Origin: Eledone cirrhosa
Taxonomy: Eukaryota
Length of the DNA stretch: 64,000 bases
Assembly: GCA_964016885.1 (NCBI GenBank)
Contig: OZ024743.1
Location: 336,350,001 to 336,414,000 of the forward strand
Direction of reading: 5' to 3'
In this document: in pieces, positions 26,684 to 39,279 of the stretch
Position numbering within the stretch: position 1 is the first letter of the stretch
Layout: each line of letters opens with the position of its first letter
Position numbers and translations under genes: made by a program
The notes under the pieces: model-generated
The model's input: the letters and a program-made list of their open reading frames with translations, nothing else
Database searches by the model: none
What the model was told of the DNA's origin: nothing

Positions 26684-26860
26684 AATATAGACATAGAATA
26701 TTCGAAAATATTCTGTATGTTTATAATAAACATTTTGAAGACCTAATCGCTATAAAATTATAGCGATTAGGTCTTCAAAATGTTTATTATAAACATACAG
26801 AATATTTTCGAATATTCTATGTCTATATTCACATATATATCGCTATTTCAGAGCATTTAT

Positions 26861-26924
<64 letters not shown>

Positions 26925-27272
26925 ATTTACATATACACCAATTAAACAAAGTCATAGATATATATGTGTTTTGGCAACCATTCACGATGTCGCTCAATGA
27001 AGAATTAATAAATTAAATAATCAGAACAAAATACTATAAAGTATGTCCATAGAATCATTTGATAATATATATACATCATTTCCTCTACCAATTAGCATAA
27101 TTAACCACACAAAATATCAATTAGACCAGGCTATAAGATTAAAAGACACCTATGAAGAAACAGTAAATAAATAAACGATTGCAGCCTCTTCGCGGCCAAC
27201 CGCCATAGAATGTTTACACAACATTTCAACAGCACGTGGAAATCAATTAAATATACGGTCAACCATACACAA

Positions 27273-28571
27273 TCTATATATATAAAACTGTGGTTGTCTG
27301 TCTGTCTATCGATTTTTGGCACACATCTCCTCTTAGAATCTCTCACGGAATTGCACCGAAATTGCTACACTTGTACATTGAGCCCTAGCGAAGACATCGG
27401 AAAAAAAAATTTCAAATTGACCCACCCTATCTGACGAAATCGAATATAATGTATCGATTTTTGAGCGTAAGTTATCAGTTATTTCCCTTTGTTCTGTTTA
27501 CATTCAGCGTAGCGTCTTACGTTCTCTTTACATTTTCTGCGTGCAAAAATTAAAAAAATGATTTCCCTTTGTTCTGTTTACATTCAGCGTAGCGTCTTAC
27601 GTTCTGTTTACATTTTCTGCGTGCAAAAATTAAAAAAATTACGCTGGCAAAAATTAAAAAAATTACGCTGGCTTTCTCAGCGTTTAAAATGACATTAACA
27701 CAATACACGAACAGTTGTCGAGCCAGCAAAATTTTGACCTGCAAAATTCATCAGTTCGAACACTAAGCTTCCGTTTTGCTTCATTTCCATTTAAAAGCCT
27801 TTTAAAACAATATTTTTACTTGAAAACAAGTCTATTTAAAGACTACGTAAAACAAGCAAATATTTCGTAAAAAAAAGCAAAAATTATATAAGTTTATTTA
27901 AAATATATGTATCTGTAAATTTCGTTAGGCGTGCAGACAGACAGTCGTGCAGACAGACAGTCGTGCAGACAGACAGTCGTGCAGAGAGGTGATATAGGCG
28001 TGCAGACAGACAGTCGTGCAGACAGACAGTCGTGCAGACAGACAGTCGTGCAGAGAGGTGATATAGGCGTGCAGACAGACAGTCGTGCAGAGAGGTGATA
28101 TAGGCGTGCAGACAGACAGTCGTGCAGAGAGGTGATATAGGCGTGCAGACAGACAGTCGTGCAGAGAGTTGATATAGGCGTGCAGACAGACAGTCGTGCA
28201 GAGAGGTGATATAGGCGTGCAGACAGACAGTCGTGCAGAGAGGTGATATAGGCGTGCAGACAGACATAACTGATAATTTGGTTACGCTAATGTTTTTCTC
28301 TGCGTTGCAGTGTTTACATTTTCGATCTTTGTTAATAAATAACCAGTGCAGTTTTTATCCCCAGCATCCTCTTTTGTTATAACATTCGGGTTATCGTTAT
28401 GTTTTCTTAACTTCATAAGGCATATTGTTGGTTGAGGGAATATTAATCAAAAACACCACATGCAAGTCTGCACAGTAGACACTACAGTTTTTAAGCCAAA
28501 AAAGAAACTTAACATTGTAACTTTAACACAGTTACTGAGCGACCCCGAGCAACACCGGGCTTTACTGCTAG
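27273..28571 (+). mobile_element. Non-autonomous Helitron
   Basis: A|TCTATATATATAAAA + (TCTG)n ... CCCGAGCAACACCGGG..CTAG|T; empty site acacaa|ttaggtat is present in the inverted copy near 29333-29350. Confidence 0.9.
27927..28266 (+). repeat. Compound minisatellite (16-bp GTGCAGACAGACAGTC and 21-bp GTGCAGAGAGGTGATATAGGC units) inside the Helitron
   Basis: Directly visible tandem units. Confidence 0.95.
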
Positions 28572-28619
28572 TTAGGTATAAAATTAAAGTTAGAAATGCT
28601 TATATACATACCAGGATTA

Positions 28620-28700
28620 TGTCCCTACCCTTCGGTTTCGTTCGCATTTTGAGATATTTTATTAAGGATAAATCTGGAGCTTCGAACTCGTCAGGAGACA
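28620..28700 (-). ncRNA. Type I hammerhead ribozyme
   Basis: Reverse-complement copy of 29210-29290. Confidence 0.9.
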
Positions 28701-29209
28701 AACTCGCTAGGACAGAGTGTTTTCTGAAGTGGCCCCCGCCAAACACGAATTCAAAATGGCTAAGAATTGTGACGTGGCAGTGGTCAAGTCAGAAAGAGTG
28801 TGATTGGTTGCTTACGGCGAGTGGGTTGGTTGCTAGAAAGCGCAGCCCAATATTGCCCAAATTGCATCTCTACTTTATGGGAGATTATTAAATATAAAGA
28901 TTTACATATTACACCAATTAAACAAATTCATAGATATATATGTGTTTTGGCAACCAGTCACGATGTGGCTCAATGAAGAATTAATAAATTAAATAATCAG
29001 AGCAAAATACTATAACGTATGTCCATAGAATCATTTGATAATATATATACATCATTTCCTCTACCAATTAGCATAATTAACCAGCCCACTCGCCGTAAGC
29101 AACCAATCACACTCTTTCTGACTTGACCACTACCACGTCACAATTCTTAGCCATTTTGAATTCGTGTTTGGCGGGGGCCACTACAGAAAATAATCTATCC
29201 TAGCGAGTT

Positions 29210-29290
29210 TGTCTCCTGACGAGTTCGATGCTCGAGATTTATCCTTAATAAGATATCTCAAAATGCGAACGAAACCGAAGGGTAGGGACA
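29210..29290 (+). ncRNA. Type I hammerhead ribozyme
   Basis: tgtctc CTGACGA gttcg..cgaac GAAA cc gaag gg TA gggaca; canonical G-C closing stem II. Confidence 0.92.
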
Positions 29291-29576
29291 TAATCCTGGT
29301 ATGTATATAAGCATTTCTAACTTTAATTTTATACCTAATTGTGTATGGTTGACCGTATATTGAATTTATTTCCACGTGCTGTTGAAATGTTGGGTAAAGA
29401 TTCTATAGCGGTTGGCCGCGAAGATGCTGCTATCGTTTATTTATTTACTGTTTCTTCATAGATGCCTTTTAATCTTATAGCCTGGTCTAATTGATATTTT
29501 GTGTGGTTAATTATGCTAATTGGTAGAGGAAATGATGTATATATATTATGAAATGATTCTATAGACATACTTTATA

Positions 29577-29690
<114 letters not shown>

Positions 29691-29754
29691 CTTTTATATA
29701 TATATATATATTTCTTTAATATATATTATATATTATTTATATTATTTATATATA

Positions 29755-29837
<83 letters not shown>

Positions 29838-29839
<2 letters not shown>

Positions 29840-30375
29840 GGGGTAACAAATAATAGTTAAATGCAGTCCACTTAGGTATAGTCCAGTTATGGTATTCCAG
29901 GTAGTGGATGATATCAACGCTTGGCTTGGTTTAACTCAACAAGGCGTTTTCATAGTGATGCTGCGGGTATGCTGTAATTCCTATGTTGTAAACACTTGGA
30001 GTAATAATAAATCAGGAAAGAAGGTTGACATGGTTTGCTATACAAAAAAGGTTTTAATCTCATAGCTGACAATTGTTTCTCTGAACTGGTAGGTCTAGAG
30101 ATCGCTATTCGCTTGTTTTCACGTTACTCGATCACCAATACAAAATTATAACCAATCAGTTCTTCGGAGCATGCGAGAATGAAGAGAATACACTGTGTAT
30201 TCTCTTCATTCTCGCATGCTCCGAAGAACTGACTGGTTATAATTTTGTATTGGTGATCGAGTAACGTGAAAACAAGCGAATAGCGATCTCTAGACCTACC
30301 AGTTCAGAGAAACAATTGTCAGCTATGAGATTAAAACCTTCTTTGTATAGCAAACCATGTCAACCTTCCTTCCTG

Positions 30376-30380
<5 letters not shown>
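29838..30380. repeat. pLTR fold-back: about 185-bp inverted arms centred at 30194, each with an HHR (30065-30170 minus, 30218-30323 plus; core CCGAAGA)
   Basis: gct CCGAAGA actgactggt..accagttcaga GAAA caattg TC agc; near-perfect palindrome. Confidence 0.8.
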
Positions 30381-30448
<68 letters not shown>

Positions 30449-30782
30449 GGTTTGAGGTTCACCACTGTATAGAGCTGGTCTATTCCGTATGGTCAATCGT
30501 AATGCAATAATATAGAGAGTACTCAACGTAAGGCAGTTCAACCGTCTTTGTTTTTGCAGTTGGTGGTGCTATTACGGAGTTAAATATTATAATGAAATGA
30601 CAGGAGGCTGGATTTGTGTAAATCCTTGAAAGGTTTATTATACTATGATCATTTCAATGACCGGGTTCCGTATGAATCAGGGCGACCGGCTGAAGTTGAA
30701 GGAACAGAATAGCGGTCGCCCTCGAGTCCTCAATTTTCAGCCCCATGGATTTTATCTATTACATTCACGTATTATATTTCGA

Positions 30783-30840
30783 ATACCTGATGATATCACC
30801 GGATTCATACAGAACCCGTTCATTGAAATGATCATAGTAT
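30783..30840 (+). ncRNA. Type I hammerhead ribozyme in fold-back pLTR element 30446-30895
   Basis: atac CTGATGA tatcaccgg..cccgttcatt GAAA tgatca TA gtat; same family as 5583-5640. Confidence 0.78.
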
Positions 30841-30887
30841 AATAAACCTTTCAAGGATTTACACAAATCCAGCCTCTTGTCATTTCA

Positions 30888-30992
<105 letters not shown>

Positions 30993-31019
30993 AATAATAT
31001 ATAATATATATATATATAA

Positions 31020-34000
31020 TATTAAAGATACTATTTATAGTTATGTATATACTATACTATAAACAACTATAAACAGGGAAGGTCAGTAATTTATTACTAC
31101 CTTATTACCAGTAAGATAAATAGCTCAATGTAAGAACATCAGTTGTTTTACAGAGCAGTAATATAGATTACAAAGTATCAAAGTTATGTTTAAAACATTT
31201 AATCGCTGACAATTGTTTCTTCCAAACTTAAGCTTGGACTCCTCGGAGCATTATCAGTGTTTGTACATATAATTAACCTCCTATTCAACTGAAGAATCAT
31301 ACAGATACATATATATTGATGTTGTGGACAACAGTTTCATGTTTACAGGGTGGAATGGATGCGACATATATTATACGAGAATAGTACAATAATTCAAATT
31401 AAGATTAAAATTAAAATTAAAAACTAAAAATTAAAATTAAAATTAAAAGCACAGAGTGGAATACATGCGACAGATAATACAAGAGAATAGTCTAATAATT
31501 AAAGAGATAGTATATGCGTTAGTCATATATAAAGGAATGGAACACGCAAATGTATTATGCATATATTAGTACTGTATGGCAAGGTATTACATAAAATACA
31601 AGCACTTTAAGCGAATATGTTAGTGTATTATGGGGGATGCAATGCGATGATATTTTCTGTATAGTTCAAATTTGTATGTGTAGAATATGAAAGTTACAGA
31701 TTTCACATCCATTACATATGTTAAGTTATATTTGTATTGAATGTTTGTTATAGTAATGGATTGTAACTTGGTGTTATTGTATTCATATTCATGGATTATA
31801 GTTGTTCTACTGCGAGAATTTTCAACGGTTTAATATCCGGAAGTGGATATGGAATTAAGGGGAGCTAATGCGTAAGGGGAGGTAACTAGCTCATTATAAT
31901 ATTTAAATTCCTTGCTCTAATAGACATATAGTGCCACAATTGAATCCATTATAAAAAGTTATATATTTATATTTAATTTTAAATACAGTCTACTCTCTCC
32001 TCATATATTAAAGGTTTCATTAGATTGTTGTCTACCCAATATTATATAGTGCCACAATTGAATCCCTTATACAAAATGTTATATATTTATATTGATATTT
32101 GATTTTAAATACTGTCTGCTCTGTCATAATATATTAAAGGTTTCATTAGATTGTTGTCGACCCAATATTTGGCAAGATATGGAATAACGTATAGCTGTTT
32201 GCATGTTAAATTAGATAAATCCCTTAAGTAAATAAATGAATCCTTTATATACAATGTTATTAATTTATACATTTAATTATAAATGTATATATAATTCATT
32301 GTTTCATATTACATTTAAGTTAGATAAATCCCTTATGTTAATAAATTAAACCTTTATATACAATGTTATTAATTTATACATTTAATTATAAATGTATATA
32401 TAATTCATTGTTACATTTAACAGTTAAAGTTTATATATATTATATTATATTTCAATGACTATATAATTATAAGTAATCTAAATTAATTATATTAAAAAAG
32501 AGTGATTATAAGAATATTTCTAGAGAATAATGTTAGAGATAAAAATGATTTGTGTAGAGGAAAGGGTGGATCAAAGAGTGTGATGCAGCGGTGGAAGGCA
32601 AGTCCTAGAGATGAAGTGCTAATGGTGGTGATGACTTCAAATCTGACATTGTTATATACTAGGTTTAAAGCTATGGAATGAGTGTCGGAAGCGGTGCTGG
32701 AACGATGCAAACACTTCCGATTTTTTATTTAGGAGGTTAAGATTCGAAAAGATTATATTATGGGTCTCTAGGAGACAGAGGTTACAACATTTATTAGGTG
32801 GTTTATACGATGCATCCCTACCTACTACTTCCCATTGAAGTGTATATGTTCTATTCCTAGTTTTCAGATAGTGTATGTAGCTAGATAGTGAAGTGGAGTT
32901 GGCTAGATTGTGTTTTTTGAAAGAGTGGAGGTGCGAGTTGTATCTCGTCTTGAAGCAGTTCGAAGTAGAGCCTATATATGTTTTAGAAGAGTTATTAGTG
33001 TTGACCGTGCAGGAGTAAATGATGTATTTGATTAAGCAGTTATTACCTAAAGGGCAAGTTCTATTTGATTTACAGTTACATTTATTTTGGATGTTATCTT
33101 GCCGATTATTATGTTGTGTAGAAGTCTGGTTGTTAGGGTTAGTATTAGGGCTATGGTGGTTGTCGTTCCTAATGTTATTGATTTCATTAGTGTTATTACT
33201 ATTATTACTATTGCTATTAGGGTTTGGAGTTATTATGTTGTTCTGAAAATTTACCTCCTGCTGTGTTTTAATTTGTTGAAAATAAGTATTAATCTTTCTT
33301 TTATTACTACTAGCTATATGGTATGCTATGTTAGGTGTGGTAGAGTAAGAGATGTTAATGGTGTTTTTATTTATAAGATTATGGTATTTGTGGCCAGATG
33401 GGAAGTTTTTTCTAGGATTGAGAAGAAAGCCTTAGGTAAGTTGGTAGAGACGTTTAGATTGAAAGGGGGATTGAAAAATGTATTAGTTCTTCTATTTTTG
33501 TTTTTTTTATAATATCTATTGAGGTATTTCTGTTTATAATATTATTTTGGTGTCTACTTTGGTGCGAGTTAAGTTTGATACTACCCTTCGTATTAGAGTA
33601 AGGGTGTATATTATTCTTATTATTATTTTTCCTCATGGCCATATTGTGAGAAATAATGCTGTAACTATGTGATGTTATAGGTAGGAATTCAATTATTATG
33701 GCCTGATTTAGCTAATGCATGATTATAGTATTGTGAATTATTGTTAAATATGGTTTCGTTATAAGATAGATTAGAGATTCTATTAGATATTCCTTTAGTG
33801 ATTGAGTTTAATATGGATTTAGGGTGGTTAGACTTGGTATCTACATACATTAGTTTTTCGTTAGGTTTATGAAAGGGTGTATATATTTTAGAGTCTAGGT
33901 AAAGGGTAGCATCAAGGAAGTTAACATTTTTAGTGTTTTTGTCTAAGGTGATACTTAAGTTGAAGTTTTTGAAAATTTTATGTAATAGTTTCCTAGTTCT

Positions 34001-34750
34001 TTCTATATTACATTTTTTATAGTCTATAAGGAGTAGTGCATCGTCGCGGTATAAACCACCATTGAGGTATGGTAGGTCCTTATGGATTTCATTTAGTAGA
34101 TATATGCCCACCAAATCAGTGACCTGCGCCGAGTCACTAGATCCCATAGTTATGTCAAAGTTGTTATGCGTATCCTTGCGGGTCCATAATTGATCTTCAA
34201 ATGTAATTATGGTTTTTCGGGCCGCAAGTGTGACATCAATCTGGGATCTAGTAGGTCACTATTGTTCATGGCCATAATAAGTGCCTTATTTAATAGGATA
34301 GGAGAAATAGAGGTGTAGTATGAATTGATATCAAACTGTATACACTTTTTTTTTGTTCTCTTTAATATCCTTAAACCATTCAATAACTTCACCTGTATTT
34401 CCCCACTGGTTAAGATATATTTTGTGCTTAATCTGTGGGATGATTTTATCTAATGTTTTCTTACTGATAATACCAATGTCAGATTTGGAAGGGCAGATTA
34501 GTCTTATAGAAGGGTTACTAATGAAATCTTCCTTATGGTCCTTGAGAGAGAATCTTGGGGGAGTTAGGGGTGCATAGCTGTGTATGTCTCTGAAGTCCCA
34601 ATTTACCCACTATACTAGGGTCTTCCAAATTAATATCTTCTAAGTTTTTTAATAGTAGTTTTCCTATAGCTCGAGGACTCCAAGCTTAAGTTTGGAAGAA
34701 ACAATTGTCAGCGATTAAATGTTTTAAACATAACTTTGATACTTGTGTAA

Positions 34751-34755
<5 letters not shown>
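31020..34755 (-). mobile_element. PLE with RT and GIY-YIG remnants (about 32700-34660), 3' UTR/pLTR and inverted pLTR tip (34668-34755)
   Basis: CIQFDINSYYTSI, MGSSDSAQVTDLVG, GGLYRDDA, CNCKSNRTCPLGNNC, YIGST, CNLCL. Confidence 0.9.
31204..31250 (-). ncRNA. Type I hammerhead ribozyme (core CCGAGGA)
   Basis: Minus strand: tgct CCGAGGA gtccaagc ttaa gtttggaa GAAA caattg TC agcg; partial plus-strand copy at about 34668-34713. Confidence 0.75.
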
Positions 34756-34805
<50 letters not shown>

Positions 34806-35415
34806 TATAATTGAATATAAAAGAAAAACGAACACAGATATATACATATATGTGTTCAAATAGCAAGGGACCAGATTCGCTAAGGTGAAAAGAATACTAA
34901 CTATAGGCAATAGGGTTTGCCTGTCTCAATTTAAGAAAAAATCAAGAAAATAAATACAAACAGGAATTGTGGTAACTACCAATCACCCAGACAGCTCTTG
35001 GTGCTGTTTCGCAATATTAATTGTGAATAGAAATACCAATTCTTGTTATTCTTAGTGGTATAAGTTTGTGAGACACTCTAAGATACCATGTGCGTTATTA
35101 TACATAGCACACTTTTCAGTTCCTTAATATACTTAGAAGTGTCTAGGATACTAATTCATCACCCACTAATGAGCAAGAATTGGTATTTCTATTCACAATT
35201 AATATTGCGAAACAGCACCAAGAGCTGTCTGGGTGATTGGTAGTTACCACAATTCCGATTTGCATTTATTTTCTAGATATTTTCTTAAATTGAGACAGGC
35301 AAACCCTATTGTCTATAGTTAGTATTCTTTTCACCTTAGCGAATCTGGTCCCTTGCGATTTGAACACATATATGTATAAATCTGCGTTCGTTTTTCTTTT
35401 ATATTCAATTATAAT
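34806..35415. mobile_element. Fold-back pLTR derivative with about 240-bp inverted arms
   Basis: 34806-35046 is the reverse complement of about 35174-35415. Confidence 0.8.
35158..35237 (+). ncRNA. Type I hammerhead with core substitution (CTAATGA)
   Basis: atcaccca CTAATGA gcaa..ttgc GAAA cagc..gctg TC tgggtgat; 8-bp stem I. Confidence 0.75.
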
Positions 35416-35492
35416 ATACGATCGGAAATATTTTTTTTAGAGCTATTTTATTGTAAGAGACTATTTTGAGTTCCTAACTCAATATATACGTT

Positions 35493-35566
<74 letters not shown>

Positions 35567-35815
35567 AAAGCATGTATTGAGTTAGAAACTCATAACTCCT
35601 TTTTGTTCAGTTATATATATATATGAAAAAATTTGACTCCGATGGCAGAGCTCAAGCCGTTTCGACTGCTATTTCTGGACTCAGAAATAACCGTCGAAAC
35701 GGCTTGAGCTCTGGCGTCGGGGTCAAACTTTTTCCTATTAGCCCACTCTACTACCCTAAGTATTGAGTAGTCTGGTGCGTTACGGGCCATTTGGTTCCTT
35801 ACAACTCTTCCTTCG

Positions 35816-35902
<87 letters not shown>

Positions 35903-35991
35903 TAAATATTTGCTCTACGGTTCTTATATATTTGATATATATTTTCCTTATCGAGCCCTCTTTGGATTTTAGTCTTCAATTTTATTATTAT

Positions 35992-36029
<38 letters not shown>

Positions 36030-36030
<1 letters not shown>

Positions 36031-37012
36031 ATACATGAACAGAGAAAGCCTTAAGCGATACTCCGACCAACTCCATCTCACTCAACAAACATTAGGATAT
36101 ACTTAAGTATTATCCCAATTTAGTGTTTGGGGTCTAACTAATCAGTATTTTGTGGGTAATTGGTTGTATTATTTTATATGAGACATTATTAAATAAATAT
36201 CTCATTTCTTCCAGACGGCCGTTTCGTTATAAGATATTTACAATTTGGGATGAATAATTTCCAGGTTATGTAGAAACTTGTATATAATCCATAGTTTTAT
36301 ACACAAGCGGGCTCTTATAAACTCATCAGTGGATGCCCAATTTATAACGATATAAGAATTATATCGACATTAACAGAATGGTGATGGTCTCCCTCAGAGC
36401 TAAGAAGAAACTGGTAGATTAGAATCCAGCAGTTCTCCCAAAGAAAAAATACATGCTGTCTCCAAAAGGATAAAGTGAGGTCATCTTAAAATAAAACAAT
36501 ATACACGCTGGTCATTTAAACCTGTTAGGTATTAACTACGTGTATAAGAACTCAATAGGAAATTTAAAAGAATAACCACATGTATACACAACCAATGCAC
36601 ACACAGAGATATTAAAACATAATAAATATATGTATGGATCACCCATACATACACATAGCCATTCTCTAAGGCTAAGTCAGACATGGGATACAAGAAAGAT
36701 CAATCAGTATTTCATATAAATATAATAATAATAAAGAGAGTCATACCTTATATCTGAAATCCACATCAGGCTCCCAAGAGTATATATTCAATACATAAAC
36801 AGAGAAAGCCTTAAGCGATACTCCGACCAACTCCATCTCACTTAACAAACATTAGGATATGCTTAAGTATTATCCCAATTTAGTGTTTGGGGTGCTAACT
36901 AATCAGCATTTCGTGGATAATTGGTTGTATTATTTTATATGAGACATTATTAAATAAATATCTCATTTCTTCCAGACGGCCGTTTCGTTATAAGATTTCT
37001 ACAATTTGGGAT
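36030..37012 (-). repeat. 760-bp-period partial tandem repeat carrying an HHR
   Basis: 36030-36252 repeated at 36790-37012. Confidence 0.85.
36210..36333 (-). ncRNA. Type I hammerhead ribozyme with long stem II
   Basis: Minus strand: tcca CTGATGA gtttataaga..tcttataac GAAA cggccg TC tgga. Confidence 0.85.
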
Positions 37013-37123
37013 ATATAATTATATATAATATATATATAATAAATATATCTGCTGGACCGGCAACCGCTCTTTCAAACCAGTTCCTGTACACAGCTAAGTA
37101 TTCTATAAGTCTCTAGCTGTGTC

Positions 37124-37212
37124 ATTCTCGATAAAAGCACTGGATATGTAATCCTGATGATTTCTAATAAGAATGAAACGCGTAGGTTACTTCCCTTGCT
37201 TTTATCGAGAAT
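37124..37212 (+). ncRNA. Type I hammerhead ribozyme, copy 1
   Basis: gtaatc CTGATGA tttc taataa gaat GAAA cgcg TA ggttac; distal stem I attctcgataaaagca/tgcttttatcgagaat (16 bp). Confidence 0.92.
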
Positions 37213-37433
37213 CTCAAATTGTAATACGTGACGTATTCTATTCTATAGCGATTGGGTCTTCGAAATGTTTATTATAAACATACAGAATATTTTCGAATAT
37301 TCTGTTTGTCTTCACATATATATCGCTATTTCAGAGCATTACATCCAAATTCTAATTTCTGCCGGACCGGCAACCGCTCTTTCAAACCAGTTCCTGTACA
37401 CAGCTAAGTATTCTATAAGTCTCTAGCTGTGTC

Positions 37434-37522
37434 ATTCTCGATAAAAGCACTGGATATGTAATCCTGATGATTTCTAATAAGAATGAAACGCGTAGGTTAC
37501 TTCCCTTGCTTTTATCGAGAAT
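37434..37522 (+). ncRNA. Type I hammerhead ribozyme, copy 2
   Basis: Same sequence, +310 bp. Confidence 0.92.
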
Positions 37523-37743
37523 CTCAAATTGTAATACGTGACGTATTCTATTCTATAGCGATTGGGTCTTCGAAATGTTTATTATAAACATACAGAATAT
37601 TTTCGAATATTCTGTTTGTCTTCACATATATATCGCTATTTCAGAGCATTACATCCAAATTCTAATTTCTGCCGGACCGGCAACCGCTCTTTCAAACCAG
37701 TTCCTGTACACAGCTAAGTATTCTATAAGTCTCTAGCTGTGTC

Positions 37744-37832
37744 ATTCTCGATAAAAGCACTGGATATGTAATCCTGATGATTTCTAATAAGAATGAAACG
37801 CGTAGGTTACTTCCCTTGCTTTTATCGAGAAT
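37744..37832 (+). ncRNA. Type I hammerhead ribozyme, copy 3
   Basis: Same sequence, +620 bp. Confidence 0.92.
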
Positions 37833-37965
37833 CTCAAATTGTAATACGTGACGTATTCTATTCTATAGCGATTGGGTCTTCGAAATGTTTATTATAAACA
37901 TACAGAATATTTTCGAATATTCTATGTTTGTCTTCATATATATATATATATAAATATATATATAA

Positions 37966-38085
<120 letters not shown>

Positions 38086-38401
38086 TTCAAGAGTAACCAA
38101 TCTTAAAGAGAGAGGAGAGGGAAATAGGAGAGGAGATATGAGAGGAGAGATTGGTGAATTAGTTAGAAGCCAAATCGTAAAGGCATGTGCTCAATGTGCA
38201 ATATGCCGTAGAAAGGAGCGAGGTGGCTGGGTTCATGCAGAAGTTAGGTGCGCAGAGCTAGAAATATTAATTAGTTAAGCTAAACAAGACCACAAATTTA
38301 ACAAGGAAGACATTATTAAAAGATTGTCAACATATTTTAGTTTGATGTAAGGAATGTAGAGAATAATAATAATAATAATATTAATAATAATAATAATGTC
38401 C

Positions 38402-38521
38402 GTTTACAATTGTTTCGCTACTCCATATAATATTTCTGGATCAAATGAATATATATCATAATTGATTTGGTTCAGTTGAAAATAATTAACATATTTAAAA
38501 AACAGAGAGGCTCATCGGAAC
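38402..38521 (-). ncRNA. Type I hammerhead (core CCGATGA, long stem II)
   Basis: Reverse-complement copy of 42000-42119. Confidence 0.65.
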
Positions 38522-39279
38522 TTCAAAGAAATATAAATTAAAATAATAAGTGAATGTTACATAATATAATGTTCCATATATTGGTTTTTCACTATGGTGT
38601 CTTGGTTCCATCAGTTGTCAGCCATAATCAAGCAGTATTCATCTGTCGAGGCTGCATTGTGTGAGATCTGCCTATGGGTAACAAGATGGCTGCCAAAGGA
38701 CATATTTACCTTACTAATTAGAGGGTGGTTACAGGGGAAGTAACTCCTCGAGAGATTAGAAATTGTGGGTAGTTTATAGTTAAGTACTAATTTTTAAATG
38801 TTTTAATTGAGAGACAATGTAGGGGAGGTAACTTATAATTATCTAAGTTAGTCATAGCTATTTAACTTAATAGCTACAAGTAAAAATGGGGCTAGATGAC
38901 TAAGTTGGGTCAAATATTCTATTAGCCCTTCGATGTTGCTAGCTAATAGTTACCTCCGTTCTATCGTTAATCGGTAGAGGTCGTGATAGAGTTATGTAAT
39001 ATGCTTCTGTAATACAGAGATCACAAGATTTTCTTCGTCCATTGAACGGTTGGGCCCTAGCCACGGTATCCCATTTTAGTAAGTGTTGAACGTTGCTTAA
39101 TTTAAGGTTTTTTAATGGGCCTATCTAGCGATGTCGAACATCTATTGTTAGGGTCTCGGAAGGAAAAAGAGTGCGCGTTATAGTGTACCTTAAAAGGGGT
39201 AGAGGTAGACCCGATATAAGAGCTGGTATTCGAAGCAGCTTTAACCGTGCACGTATAGACTATGTTGGGTGTCAGATTG

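Larger units (their letters stand above)
37048..37940 (+). repeat. 310-bp x about 2.9 tandem array, one HHR per unit (non-LTR retrozyme-like)
   Basis: Units start at 37051, 37361 and 37671; near-identical; flanked by (TA)n. Confidence 0.95.

Noticed and set aside
27927-28266. Regular short repeats resembling a CRISPR array
   Set aside because: No unique spacers; it is a two-unit minisatellite inside a Helitron in eukaryotic DNA
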